A DNA stretch of 64,000 nucleotides from Prevotella sp. (GTDB lineage Bacteria; Bacteroidota; Bacteroidia; Bacteroidales; Bacteroidaceae). The position numbers were made by a program, and so were the translations under genes. Below, piece by piece: positions 1 to 8,105 of this stretch (positions within the stretch are counted from its first letter, which is position 1; each line of letters opens with the position of its first letter). The notes beneath the pieces were generated by a model. That model had not been told where the DNA came from. It ran no database searches and saw nothing but the letters and a program-made list of their open reading frames with translations. The stretch is taken from contig JAFZAH010000040.1 of assembly GCA_017548275.1 (NCBI GenBank), positions 264,320-328,319 of the forward strand. The letters are read 5' to 3'.

Positions 1-2
1 TA

Positions 3-461
3 TTGTACCCTCATCTTTATATGCTTTGCGTGGAGGCTGCAAAAAAACGGCTGCAAGGTGACAAGCAGGAACGGGCTATTTATTACTTAGGTCGCTTTAT
101 AGCGGAATGGGAATCGGGCAGTTTTAAGCCACAGCAAGCAGCCCCAGAGCCTCAACAGGAACAAGGAACAAAAGACCTTTTGCCTATCAATTTACAGGGC
201 GATGAGGCCGTGGAAATCTTCCAGAGGGCTATTGGTAAGGGGATGATTGAAAAGACCGCCACAGGGCTTAAATGGTGTGGAACAAAAGCACAGTTGGCTT
301 ACTTTATGGGTCATTTCTTGAAAGATGGTGTTTTCCCAGATAAAGACTATAGCACATTATTTGGAGTGCAACGTTTAGGTAAAGCCTATAGCCAATTACC
401 CAACAACAAAAACGGTGATGGGAAACCGAGAGGATATGAAACGATAGACGCGCTTTTCTGA
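3..461 (+). CDS. Hypothetical protein of the element (probably 5'-truncated by the window edge)
   Basis: ORF open from the window start, followed by a terminator hairpin. Confidence 0.55.
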   Translation: MYPHLYMLCVEAAKKRLQGDKQERAIYYLGRFIAEWESGSFKPQQAAPEPQQEQGTKDLLPINLQGDEAVEIFQRAIGKGMIEKTATGLKWCGTKAQLAYFMGHFLKDGVFPDKDYSTLFGVQRLGKAYSQLPNNKNGDGKPRGYETIDALF

Positions 462-491
462 ATATCTTTTTTGTATCACTGTTAGATTATT

Positions 492-537
492 GTGTTATTT
501 GGTGACACCAATAAGGACACCAAATAACACTTTTTTT
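492..537 (+). terminator. Intrinsic terminator-like hairpin
   Basis: Perfect 13-bp inverted repeat GTGTTATTTGGTG/CACCAAATAACAC followed by T7. Confidence 0.7.
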
Positions 538-553
538 GTGTTCCTTTTTGACC

Positions 554-561
554 TACCTTTG
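554..561 (+). promoter_or_regulatory. Bacteroidota -7 promoter box for the xis-rep operon
   Basis: TACCTTTG matches TAnnTTTG. Confidence 0.55.
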
Positions 562-673
562 CCCTTGCTTGGATGATGGTAGGTTATCGGTAAGCCCTAC
601 CAGAACGAGCAGGGAAAGTTTGGGCGTGGACTTACCGACACTCCCCCAGACATAAACAATAAAAAATAAAAAT

Positions 674-844
674 ATGACAAAAAAAACAAAATGCTGCATT
701 TGTGGCAAGGAAATCAAAGAGCCATACACTAATAACCCGTGGCCTGTTGTAAAGAATGAAGACGCGCGCTGTTGTGCTGAATGTGATAGGAATGTAGTTA
801 TACCCGCAAGAATAAAAGAACATTATGAACAACAGCGACATTAA
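674..844 (+). CDS. Small putative zinc-finger protein, 56 aa (not in the ORF track)
   Basis: Translates as MTKKTKCCICGKEIKEPYTNNPWPVVKNEDARCCAECDRNVVIPARIKEHYEQQRH; two CxxC pairs, A-rich leader, overlaps the xis start. Confidence 0.7.
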   Translation: MTKKTKCCICGKEIKEPYTNNPWPVVKNEDARCCAECDRNVVIPARIKEHYEQQRH

Positions 845-1118
845 AGTATTGGCGGATGAGATAGCCGCCAATACTATCTTCACCACAAAAGAGGTATTGA
901 CAAGTGACGAGGCCGCGAGGTATATGGGTATTTCAAAATCATACCTGTATAAGTTGACGATGAGGCAGAAGATACCCCACTACAAGCCGATGGGAAAGAT
1001 GTGTTATTTCAACCGTCTGGAGTTAGAGAAATGGCTACAGGGCAACAGGGTTGCCACCGATGAGGAATTAAGCCAACAGGCAGAGGCTTACTGTATGAAG
1101 AAAGGAGGCACACGATGA
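825..1118 (+). CDS. Excisionase-like helix-turn-helix DNA-binding protein
   Basis: VLTSDEAARYMGISKSYLYKLT...IPHYKP.GK..YF pattern typical of Bacteroidota HTH_17/Xis proteins. Confidence 0.9.
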   Translation: MNNSDIKVLADEIAANTIFTTKEVLTSDEAARYMGISKSYLYKLTMRQKIPHYKPMGKMCYFNRLELEKWLQGNRVATDEELSQQAEAYCMKKGGTR

Positions 1119-1648
1119 ACGCGCCAAATATCCTATATTATGCCAAGATGGTGAACACCACCCAGAGAGGCAGGAAAACGCCCAGATACACGATTGTAGC
1201 CCAAGCAGGTTACTACTCACCTATGGAGCATTTAAGGGGCAGAGACGGCAAAATATCAATGTATTTGACCGAGAAATTAAAAGAGGGTGAGCGCGTGCCT
1301 GCAATGAGACTGCAGGCTAAAAACAGCCTCAACTTTACAGGGCTTAAAGAGTTTTTTGTGGATGGTAAATTAAGCGGCTTTGCATACGGCTACCCTCTGG
1401 ATAGACCCACCTACAGCAATGACAATAAGCCTAATCCCTTTTACACCTGCAAGGATGATGGCTTTTTGTTCATCATACACGGTGACGGCCAAGACCCAAA
1501 TAACGTTATTCCCACCTGTATAGAAATGATTATATTACCACACGCCAAACCGATTATTAGCGGCTATTGCAAACAGTTGCAAATGGGCGGTTTTAACAAG
1601 ACCTTAGAACTAATAAGAGGACAGGCCACAGGTGAAAACGATATGTAA
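1115..1648 (+). CDS. Hypothetical protein of the element
   Basis: 177-aa ORF coupled to xis by an ATGA overlap. Confidence 0.7.
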   Translation: MNAPNILYYAKMVNTTQRGRKTPRYTIVAQAGYYSPMEHLRGRDGKISMYLTEKLKEGERVPAMRLQAKNSLNFTGLKEFFVDGKLSGFAYGYPLDRPTYSNDNKPNPFYTCKDDGFLFIIHGDGQDPNNVIPTCIEMIILPHAKPIISGYCKQLQMGGFNKTLELIRGQATGENDM

Positions 1649-1670
1649 TTTGTGGGCAAAAATTGGTAAC
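1641..1670 (+). repeat. 30-bp direct repeat, copy 1 (upstream of rep)
   Basis: ATATGTAATTTGTGGGCAAAAATTGGTAAC, 27/30 identical to 2636-2665. Confidence 0.85.
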
Positions 1671-1676
1671 GTTATT

Positions 1677-2621
1677 ATGTATGACAAAGTTAAATTCTGG
1701 ATTGACAGGGCTATAGTGGGGGAACAATTCCCCTCTATAGTCAACTTGTTGGATGAGGCTAACACCCAAGTAAACCAAAGAACAGGGGAGGTTAAAACCT
1801 TTGGGAGTTTGGGAGGGTTAAGAGTTGCCGTTTTTATTGGTGGTGTGTCAATAGTGGGGAGTTTAGCCAAATTCCTGCATAATGGGAGTAACGTTTACCC
1901 TCTGGATAGACACACAACAGCCCAAGCACTTGAAAAGTTAGGTGATGCCCTACACTTTCAAATAGGAGATGCAAAGGTGACGGGTTTAGAATTTGGCAAT
2001 AACTTTATAATGAGGTACGATGTGGCGGCCTACCTTTCCAGATTGGGAGCGATGCCCAGAATGTGCCGCCTCAACATCAACCCCACCTCACTATATTATA
2101 GAGGAAACGGCAAGCAGCAGCCCAAAATATTTGCTTTCTATGATAAGGTGGCAGACGCGACTAACAAGGGGATGGATTGCCCAGAGGATTTGAGGGGGGC
2201 AAATATGTTAAGGTATGAAATGAGGCTAAAAGGGCGATTGTCTCAACAGTTAGGCGTATCGGTGACAGCCTCAACCCTAAATGATGAGCGATTTTACAGG
2301 ATGTTGGTAAGACTATACCAAGATAACTATTTTTCTATATCTAAGACACACAAAATTAAAAGCGATTCTATGAGCGAGATAAGAACAGTTAAAGACGCAT
2401 TTAGCCTGTTTGTGTCGCGTCTTATAAACGAGGCAGACCAAGCAACGGTAACGGGCTTTATTGATGAGATGAAAGCCGCGGGCGTTTTTGAGGATAGAAA
2501 GAACTACACGCGACTTGCAAAGAAACTGCAAGAGGTGGCAGCGATGGCAGACCTAACCGAGCCAGATGAGTTAATAAATGAGTTAGATGATGAGATAAAA
2601 AACTCAGGGGCTTATTGGTGA
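1677..2621 (+). CDS. Phage/plasmid replication initiator (gene II/X, Rep_trans-like)
   Basis: GSLAKF, VTGLEFG, FYDK and LRYEMRL motifs resemble rolling-circle initiators; start taken at MYDKVKFW. Confidence 0.75.
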   Translation: MYDKVKFWIDRAIVGEQFPSIVNLLDEANTQVNQRTGEVKTFGSLGGLRVAVFIGGVSIVGSLAKFLHNGSNVYPLDRHTTAQALEKLGDALHFQIGDAKVTGLEFGNNFIMRYDVAAYLSRLGAMPRMCRLNINPTSLYYRGNGKQQPKIFAFYDKVADATNKGMDCPEDLRGANMLRYEMRLKGRLSQQLGVSVTASTLNDERFYRMLVRLYQDNYFSISKTHKIKSDSMSEIRTVKDAFSLFVSRLINEADQATVTGFIDEMKAAGVFEDRKNYTRLAKKLQEVAAMADLTEPDELINELDDEIKNSGAYW

Positions 2622-2635
2622 TGTGTCTTATAGTA

Positions 2636-2665
2636 ATATGTAGATTGTGGGCAAAAAATGGTAAC
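2636..2665 (+). repeat. 30-bp direct repeat, copy 2 (downstream of rep)
   Basis: ATATGTAGATTGTGGGCAAAAAATGGTAAC. Confidence 0.85.
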
Positions 2666-2809
2666 AACAAAGGTTATTTGAGGGGTCGCGCGTGGGTGGT
2701 TATTGTGAAAACGCCTACAATATAAACAGGGGGTTAAACGCGCCCGTTTATTTGTGAGAACGCGGCAAAATCTTTACATTTGCACACGGACAACCAAACA
2801 AAAAGAACG

Positions 2810-3052
2810 ATGGAAAAATACAAAGTGAGTGAACGGACAGCGATAATGTTAGACGCGGTGGCGATGAGCCAGAAATTAAGCGCGGTGGCATACACGGGCG
2901 CGGAGGCTTACGGTGAGGAATACGCGGAGGCCGCGAGTGAAGAATTTTATAAAGTATGGAAACCCCTAAACGATTTATTGGAAAACAGGCTATTGGCCTC
3001 AATCGTTGACAACATCGTGGAGAATGGCGCGCGCGCCACAGTTACAATCTAA
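2810..3052 (+). CDS. Hypothetical protein (80 aa)
   Basis: ATG after an A-rich leader, with a TACATTTG -7 box at 2775-2782. Confidence 0.6.
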   Translation: MEKYKVSERTAIMLDAVAMSQKLSAVAYTGAEAYGEEYAEAASEEFYKVWKPLNDLLENRLLASIVDNIVENGARATVTI

Positions 3053-3068
3053 AGTAGAGGATAATAGA

Positions 3069-3386
3069 ATGAGCAGGAAAGCAGGAACGCCAAAGACGGG
3101 TGGCAGAAAAGCAGGAACGCCAAACAAGGTAACGGGCGCGTTGAGGGAGTTTGTTGTTTCCCTGTTAGAAGAGAACAGGGAGAGGGTGGCGCGCGACTTG
3201 AAAAATGTGAGCGCAAAAGACCGTTTGCAGATATTTGAACGCCTGTTGAGTTATGTGATACCGAGACGGGCAGAAAACGAGGTACAATTTGGCTTTGATG
3301 CCTCAAAAATAGAAATAGAGTTAGTGGATGGTGGGCGTGAGCCATACCACAGCGAGGATGAGATAGACTTAGAGAGAGAACAATAA
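3069..3386 (+). CDS. Small DNA-binding protein resembling a terminase small subunit
   Basis: N-terminal KTGGRKAGTPNK motif followed by a helical region. Confidence 0.55.
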   Translation: MSRKAGTPKTGGRKAGTPNKVTGALREFVVSLLEENRERVARDLKNVSAKDRLQIFERLLSYVIPRRAENEVQFGFDASKIEIELVDGGREPYHSEDEIDLEREQ

Positions 3387-3491
3387 AACCAGAATTTACT
3401 TTTGTTTCTTTGGGGCGTGGGTGTAGTGATACACTTGCACCCCTTTTTTGATAGGTCAAAAACGCGCCAAAAATGTAGAATGTGTTGAAAT

Positions 3492-3554
3492 TTGCTTATT
3501 GGTTGCTTATTGAAAAAACAAAACACCCTGTAAATCAGCGATTTACAAGGTGTT
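3492..3554. promoter_or_regulatory. Putative attachment-site region (arm-type repeats plus inverted repeat)
   Basis: TTGCTTATTG x2 (3492-3501, 3503-3512); inverted repeat 3522-3536/3540-3554 with 14 of 15 positions paired. Confidence 0.55.
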
Positions 3555-3559
3555 ATTTG

Positions 3560-3631
3560 TAGTGGATAGGGGAATCGAACCCCTATGCCAAGATTGAGAA
3601 TCTTGTATCCTAACCATTAGATGAATCCACC
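3560..3631 (-). tRNA. tRNA-Glu(CTC)
   Basis: Cloverleaf GGTGGAT...ATCCACT-A; anticodon arm CAAGA-TTCTCAA-TCTTG; T-loop GTTCGA. Confidence 0.97.
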
Positions 3632-3659
3632 ATGATTTGGTTTTAATCTCCCAGCCAAG

Positions 3660-3746
3660 CGGAAGCTGGGGGATTCGAACCCCCGGTACGGTAACCCGCA
3701 CGGCAGTTTAGCAAACTGCTGGTTTCAGCCACTCACCCAAACTTCC
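3660..3746 (-). tRNA. tRNA-Ser(GCT)
   Basis: Anticodon arm GCAGT-TTGCTAA-ACTGC, long variable arm, GTTCGAATC. Confidence 0.97.
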
Positions 3747-3789
3747 TTTCCCGGTTGTGATACCGTAGCATTTTCTCTCAAATGCGGTG

Positions 3790-3797
3790 CAAAGGTA
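3790..3797 (-). promoter_or_regulatory. -7 box of the tRNA-Ser/Glu promoter
   Basis: TACCTTTG on the minus strand with TTTG about 20 bp upstream. Confidence 0.75.
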
Positions 3798-3869
3798 TAT
3801 GTATTTTTTTGAACCTCCAAATAATTTGGCGTTTTTTTTCAAAAAAATATCATGGAGACCCCACAGGAA

Positions 3870-5192
3870 TTAATCACATAACACCCGCTCAATGAGTTCA
3901 AGGCACATGCGGCTGTTGTGGTATGGGCATTTCCAGAAACCCGCCTTGTCATCAACGAGGTTTATTGAACCATCGGCATGGCGGCTCCAGTACCACTCTC
4001 CATTCTCGTAGTCGATGAGGTTTTCCTTGATGTAATCCCAACATCTGTGTGCTTTATCAAGTGCCGTCTCATCAGCGAAATGCTGGTAGATATTGAACCA
4101 TCCGACAACATTTTCGGCTTGTACCCACCAGTGAAGGTCATCATCATCATGTCCTGTGTCGAGATTGGCCTCATGAATCATCGAGCCGTCAGGACGGATA
4201 CCTTTCTCCGAGGCATCAGCCACCATTCGCACAATGGGTTCGACCTTTTCAAGCACTTTTTTGTCGCCCAAAACGAGCGCCGCTTCGTGCAAGAGCCACG
4301 AACACTCAATATCATGTCCATAACTCTCGAGATGCCCCGCTCCACGCGTCCAGTCCATCTCGAAAAAGAGGTCAAGATGATGTGTTTCGGGATTGAGAAT
4401 CTTGTCAGTGAAAATGCTGATGATGTTTCGCAAAGCATTTTCGACACGGATGACAATCTCTGGCGGCACAACGATATCGATAGGCAACATGGAACCGATA
4501 GTGGGTACATAGTCGCACGAAACATGTGCCTGCATCTCACGGATACATCGATAGAGGTTGGCATAGGGTTCGATAATGTGAAGGTGGGTGTTCTGCGACT
4601 TGGGATAGTTGGCATCATATTCTGACAGACGCATGTCTGCAACTGGTTGCCAATCGCGCGTGCAGGCCTCTATATATCCATTGTGCTCATGGTCGAAAGC
4701 GTGCTCCTGAATACAGTCGAAGAGTTGCAAGGCATAGTCCAAAGCCTCACGGTCGCCCGTAGCGCGGGTGTATTCGGACAACCCGTATATAGCGAAGCCT
4801 ATGGCGTAGAACTGCTTTTTCGTATCGAGAGGTTGACCTTTACTGTCAAGGCTCCAATAAACACCACCATACTCTTGGTCGATGAAATGGTCTATAAAAT
4901 AATCTTTAGCACGGGTGGCGGATTCTAAATATAGTTGGAGGTTAATATTATCATCAGAATGGTTGTCTTGGAGTTTAGACAACACCCTATATGCCGAAGA
5001 GAAAGCCCAGAGTATACGGGCGTTGAGAATAGCGCCTTTCACTGCATCGTGATGTAACTGCCCATGCCCGTCTATTCGTCCATAGAATCCGCCGTTCTCA
5101 TGGTCAATCATCTTATCCATCCAAAAACGCAGGATGTTGTTTTCCAATACATCCTGCATTTCTGTAATCATTGTTTGAATCTTAGAATTCAT
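3870..5192 (-). CDS. Cellobiose/mannobiose 2-epimerase (AGE family)
   Basis: GGFYG, NARILW, SQNTHLH, SYGHDIE, WWVQAE and KCPYHN motifs. Confidence 0.93.
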   Translation of the reverse strand: MNSKIQTMITEMQDVLENNILRFWMDKMIDHENGGFYGRIDGHGQLHHDAVKGAILNARILWAFSSAYRVLSKLQDNHSDDNINLQLYLESATRAKDYFIDHFIDQEYGGVYWSLDSKGQPLDTKKQFYAIGFAIYGLSEYTRATGDREALDYALQLFDCIQEHAFDHEHNGYIEACTRDWQPVADMRLSEYDANYPKSQNTHLHIIEPYANLYRCIREMQAHVSCDYVPTIGSMLPIDIVVPPEIVIRVENALRNIISIFTDKILNPETHHLDLFFEMDWTRGAGHLESYGHDIECSWLLHEAALVLGDKKVLEKVEPIVRMVADASEKGIRPDGSMIHEANLDTGHDDDDLHWWVQAENVVGWFNIYQHFADETALDKAHRCWDYIKENLIDYENGEWYWSRHADGSINLVDDKAGFWKCPYHNSRMCLELIERVLCD

Positions 5193-6826
5193 TATTTCTT
5201 GATAGGATATTTCTTAGTCAAGAAGACGATAAGCAAAGCGAAAATGGCCGGGAAGATAGAGAATAGCATCCATATCATGTTTCTGACAGAATCCATTTTC
5301 TCAATCGTAATCACCGTCTCATTACCACTCTTATCCCTTTCGATGGACGTGAGTTGGTCTTCTCCAGAGAGAGCGGCAATCTTGTTCTTCAACACTTTCA
5401 TCCCATTCTCTTGGAGTACAATCGTGTCATTTACAACCTGGGCTTCACTTGCATCAATGGCAGACCATTGCATGAAGTCCTCAGCCTCTTGCCCTGTGAT
5501 AATCAATGTGGATTTTTTACCCTCCTTCTGGTCTGAATACGTTACGGCAACCGTTTTTGCACTACCGTCGGCCACCTGTTGTGTCTCTGCCGCCTGCGCG
5601 GGTAATATCGCATCATTGGGAGAGACAGAACCGGAACTGAAGCCTGCAAAGCCCAATAACAGCACTAAAAGGGAACCGGAGATAGCCGTTCCGAACTTCT
5701 GTGCCATAGTACCCGAAGAGAAAATCAGTCCGGTGGACGATGTGCCGTTCTTTTCAGTGGCATAGTCAGCCACATCGGCATACATCGACCACAATAAGGG
5801 AGAATAGAGTCCGATGCCGACAGACGTGAGCACCACGATGGCAATGAGCACCCAGATATAAGCCGGGTCTTTAGGCAAGAAGAAGAACAGTACGGAGAAC
5901 ACCACGCAAATGAGTGCAGCCACGATGAAAGCCTTGCGTTTAGAGCCCATCCATTGCGTGAACTTAGGCGACAGACCACCGAAGATCATACAAGTGACTT
6001 CTCCGAAAGTCATGAAGACTGTATAGTTGATAATCAATCCGCTGATGGTGATTTCTTTACCGAGGATATAATCGAACATATAACCCGCGGCAGCATAACG
6101 GAAGCCGTTGAAGAAATTGGTGCAGATACCGATAAGCGTAAGGTATATCCAGGGCTTGTTCTTGAACAGGTCCTTAAACGGCTTGAACGAGAATTTTTCG
6201 GCTCTGACGGGTTTCAAACGCTCCTTGGTCAACAAACCACACGCCAATGTTCCGGCTGCAGCAATCGAGCCAAACACGATGCCGATGACCGCATATTGGT
6301 GCTGCTCGCTACCTCCCACTATTTTCTGGACATAAGGGAAGGCAAAGAGAGTGATAAATCCCATGGCATAAGCGCCCACCATACGGAATGAAGAGAACTG
6401 GTTTTTCTCGTTGTCATCGTCGGTCATCACACCAAGGAGTGAACCATAAGGCACATTGACAGCAGTATAACATGCCATCATGAGCAGATAGAAACCATAC
6501 GCCCATATACGTTTGCCAACAGGACCGAAATCAGGTGTGTAGAGCAAAAGCGCGAAGATGAGTCCGAAGGGGATGGCTCCGTAGATGAGCCAAGGACGAT
6601 ATGTGCCCCATCGCGACTGTGTGCGGTCTGCCAAGGCACCCATAAGCGGGTCGGTAACCACGTCGAACATACGTGCGATGAGCATCAACGCCGCTGTATC
6701 TGCGACAGTGAGACCAAATACATTGGTGAAGAACAACGGGAACGCGATAGACATAATTTTCCATGTGATACCACCTGCTGCCGCATCACCGAGAGCATAT
6801 CCGATTTTTTCTTTTAAACTTGCCAT
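5192..6826 (-). CDS. GPH/MelB-type MFS sugar:cation symporter
   Basis: KIGYALGD, DVVTDPLMGALADRT.SRWG.YRPW; multiple transmembrane segments. Confidence 0.92.
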   Translation of the reverse strand: MASLKEKIGYALGDAAAGGITWKIMSIAFPLFFTNVFGLTVADTAALMLIARMFDVVTDPLMGALADRTQSRWGTYRPWLIYGAIPFGLIFALLLYTPDFGPVGKRIWAYGFYLLMMACYTAVNVPYGSLLGVMTDDDNEKNQFSSFRMVGAYAMGFITLFAFPYVQKIVGGSEQHQYAVIGIVFGSIAAAGTLACGLLTKERLKPVRAEKFSFKPFKDLFKNKPWIYLTLIGICTNFFNGFRYAAAGYMFDYILGKEITISGLIINYTVFMTFGEVTCMIFGGLSPKFTQWMGSKRKAFIVAALICVVFSVLFFFLPKDPAYIWVLIAIVVLTSVGIGLYSPLLWSMYADVADYATEKNGTSSTGLIFSSGTMAQKFGTAISGSLLVLLLGFAGFSSGSVSPNDAILPAQAAETQQVADGSAKTVAVTYSDQKEGKKSTLIITGQEAEDFMQWSAIDASEAQVVNDTIVLQENGMKVLKNKIAALSGEDQLTSIERDKSGNETVITIEKMDSVRNMIWMLFSIFPAIFALLIVFLTKKYPIKK

Positions 6827-6833
6827 AAAATGG

Positions 6834-6861
6834 TTTGAGATTTGAGGTTTGAGATTTGAGG
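6834..6861. repeat. Heptamer tandem repeat (TTTGAGR)4
   Basis: TTTGAGA TTTGAGG TTTGAGA TTTGAGG. Confidence 0.9.
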
Positions 6862-6909
6862 TAGTTATTATTCTAATAAATAACGAGAAAAAGACAAAAT
6901 AATTATGTT

Positions 6910-8070
6910 TTATTCTCTATTTTTCTTTATAAGGCGTTTGATGGTCTCAACAGATGCCGATGTAGTAAGACCGTCTTCCGGGGTGTTCATACAATAATCG
7001 ACAAGGCGGTCGATGGTGGATGTGGCCACATGCATCCGAGTGTCTGATGACGCATAATAGATGAAAACTTTGCTATCGTCATCAGCAATCCAACCGTTGG
7101 CAAACACCACATTCATCACGTCGCCAATATACTCGACACCTTCAGGCACGAGGAAATAACCACCAGGTTGAGCGATGACGCGGGTGGGGTCGTCGAGCGC
7201 GGTCATATACATGTAAAGCACATAACGCAATCCGCTGGCACAAGCACGTACTCCATGAGCCAAATGGAGCCATCCGCGGTCAGTTTTAATGGGATGAGGT
7301 CCCTCACCGTTTTTCACTTCCATAATGGTGTGATAGTGGCGTGCGTTTATGATTTTCTCCTCGGTGACGACAGCATTCGTGATATCATCGACAAGCGCCC
7401 ATCCGATGCCGCCGCCTGAACCAGTTTCGATAAACCCATCCTGCGGACGAGTGTAGAAAGCATATTTGCCGTCAACGAACTCAGGGTGCAGGACCACATT
7501 GCGCTGTTGACTCTTTGACTTGAGGTCGGGCAGTCGTTCCCAGTTGACAAGGTCTTTCGTGCGGGCGATGCCGGCAGTGGCTGTTGCCGCCGAGAGGTCG
7601 CCCGGACACGTGTCATCGTGTCGTTCTGCGCAGAACACGCCGTAAATCCATCCGTCCTCATGCTGAGTAATACGCATGTCATAGATGTTGGTAGCCGGTA
7701 CCACATCGTCGGGCATAGTAATCGGTTCCTCCCAAAAGCGGAAATTGTCGATACCGTTGGGACTCTCAGCGACTGCAAAAAACGATTTTCGGTCAGCGCC
7801 CTCGACACGAACTATGATGAGGTATTTTCCCTTCCATTTGATGGCTCCGCTGTTGAGCGTGGCATTCATCATGATACGTTGCATGAGGTAAGGATTATCC
7901 TTTTCACAGAAATCATAACGCCATTCCAACGGAGTATGCTCTGACGTGACAATCGGATACTTATACTTTTCATAAATACCATTCCCCCACTCTACGGGTT
8001 CGTTTTTCCGCGAGAGCAATTCTTCATGATGTGCTTTGAGGGTCTGAACTTTTTTATCAAAGTCTGACAT
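6910..8070 (-). CDS. 4-O-beta-D-mannosyl-D-glucose phosphorylase (GH130)
   Basis: NSGAIK, RVEGADRKSFFA, QQRNVVLHPE, YTRPQDGF motifs; mannan locus context. Confidence 0.93.
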   Translation of the reverse strand: MSDFDKKVQTLKAHHEELLSRKNEPVEWGNGIYEKYKYPIVTSEHTPLEWRYDFCEKDNPYLMQRIMMNATLNSGAIKWKGKYLIIVRVEGADRKSFFAVAESPNGIDNFRFWEEPITMPDDVVPATNIYDMRITQHEDGWIYGVFCAERHDDTCPGDLSAATATAGIARTKDLVNWERLPDLKSKSQQRNVVLHPEFVDGKYAFYTRPQDGFIETGSGGGIGWALVDDITNAVVTEEKIINARHYHTIMEVKNGEGPHPIKTDRGWLHLAHGVRACASGLRYVLYMYMTALDDPTRVIAQPGGYFLVPEGVEYIGDVMNVVFANGWIADDDSKVFIYYASSDTRMHVATSTIDRLVDYCMNTPEDGLTTSASVETIKRLIKKNRE

Positions 8071-8105
8071 TGGACAGTTTAGATATAAATTATTAGTGTA
8101 TAATA

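Larger units (their letters stand above)
1..3559. mobile_element. Right part of a small integrated element (phage-satellite/IME-like) at the 3' end of tRNA-Glu; left end and integrase lie outside the window
   Basis: Co-oriented xis-like HTH, Rep and terS-like genes ending at the tRNA-Glu 3' end, with an inverted repeat and tandem 10-mers next to the tRNA. Confidence 0.75.
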
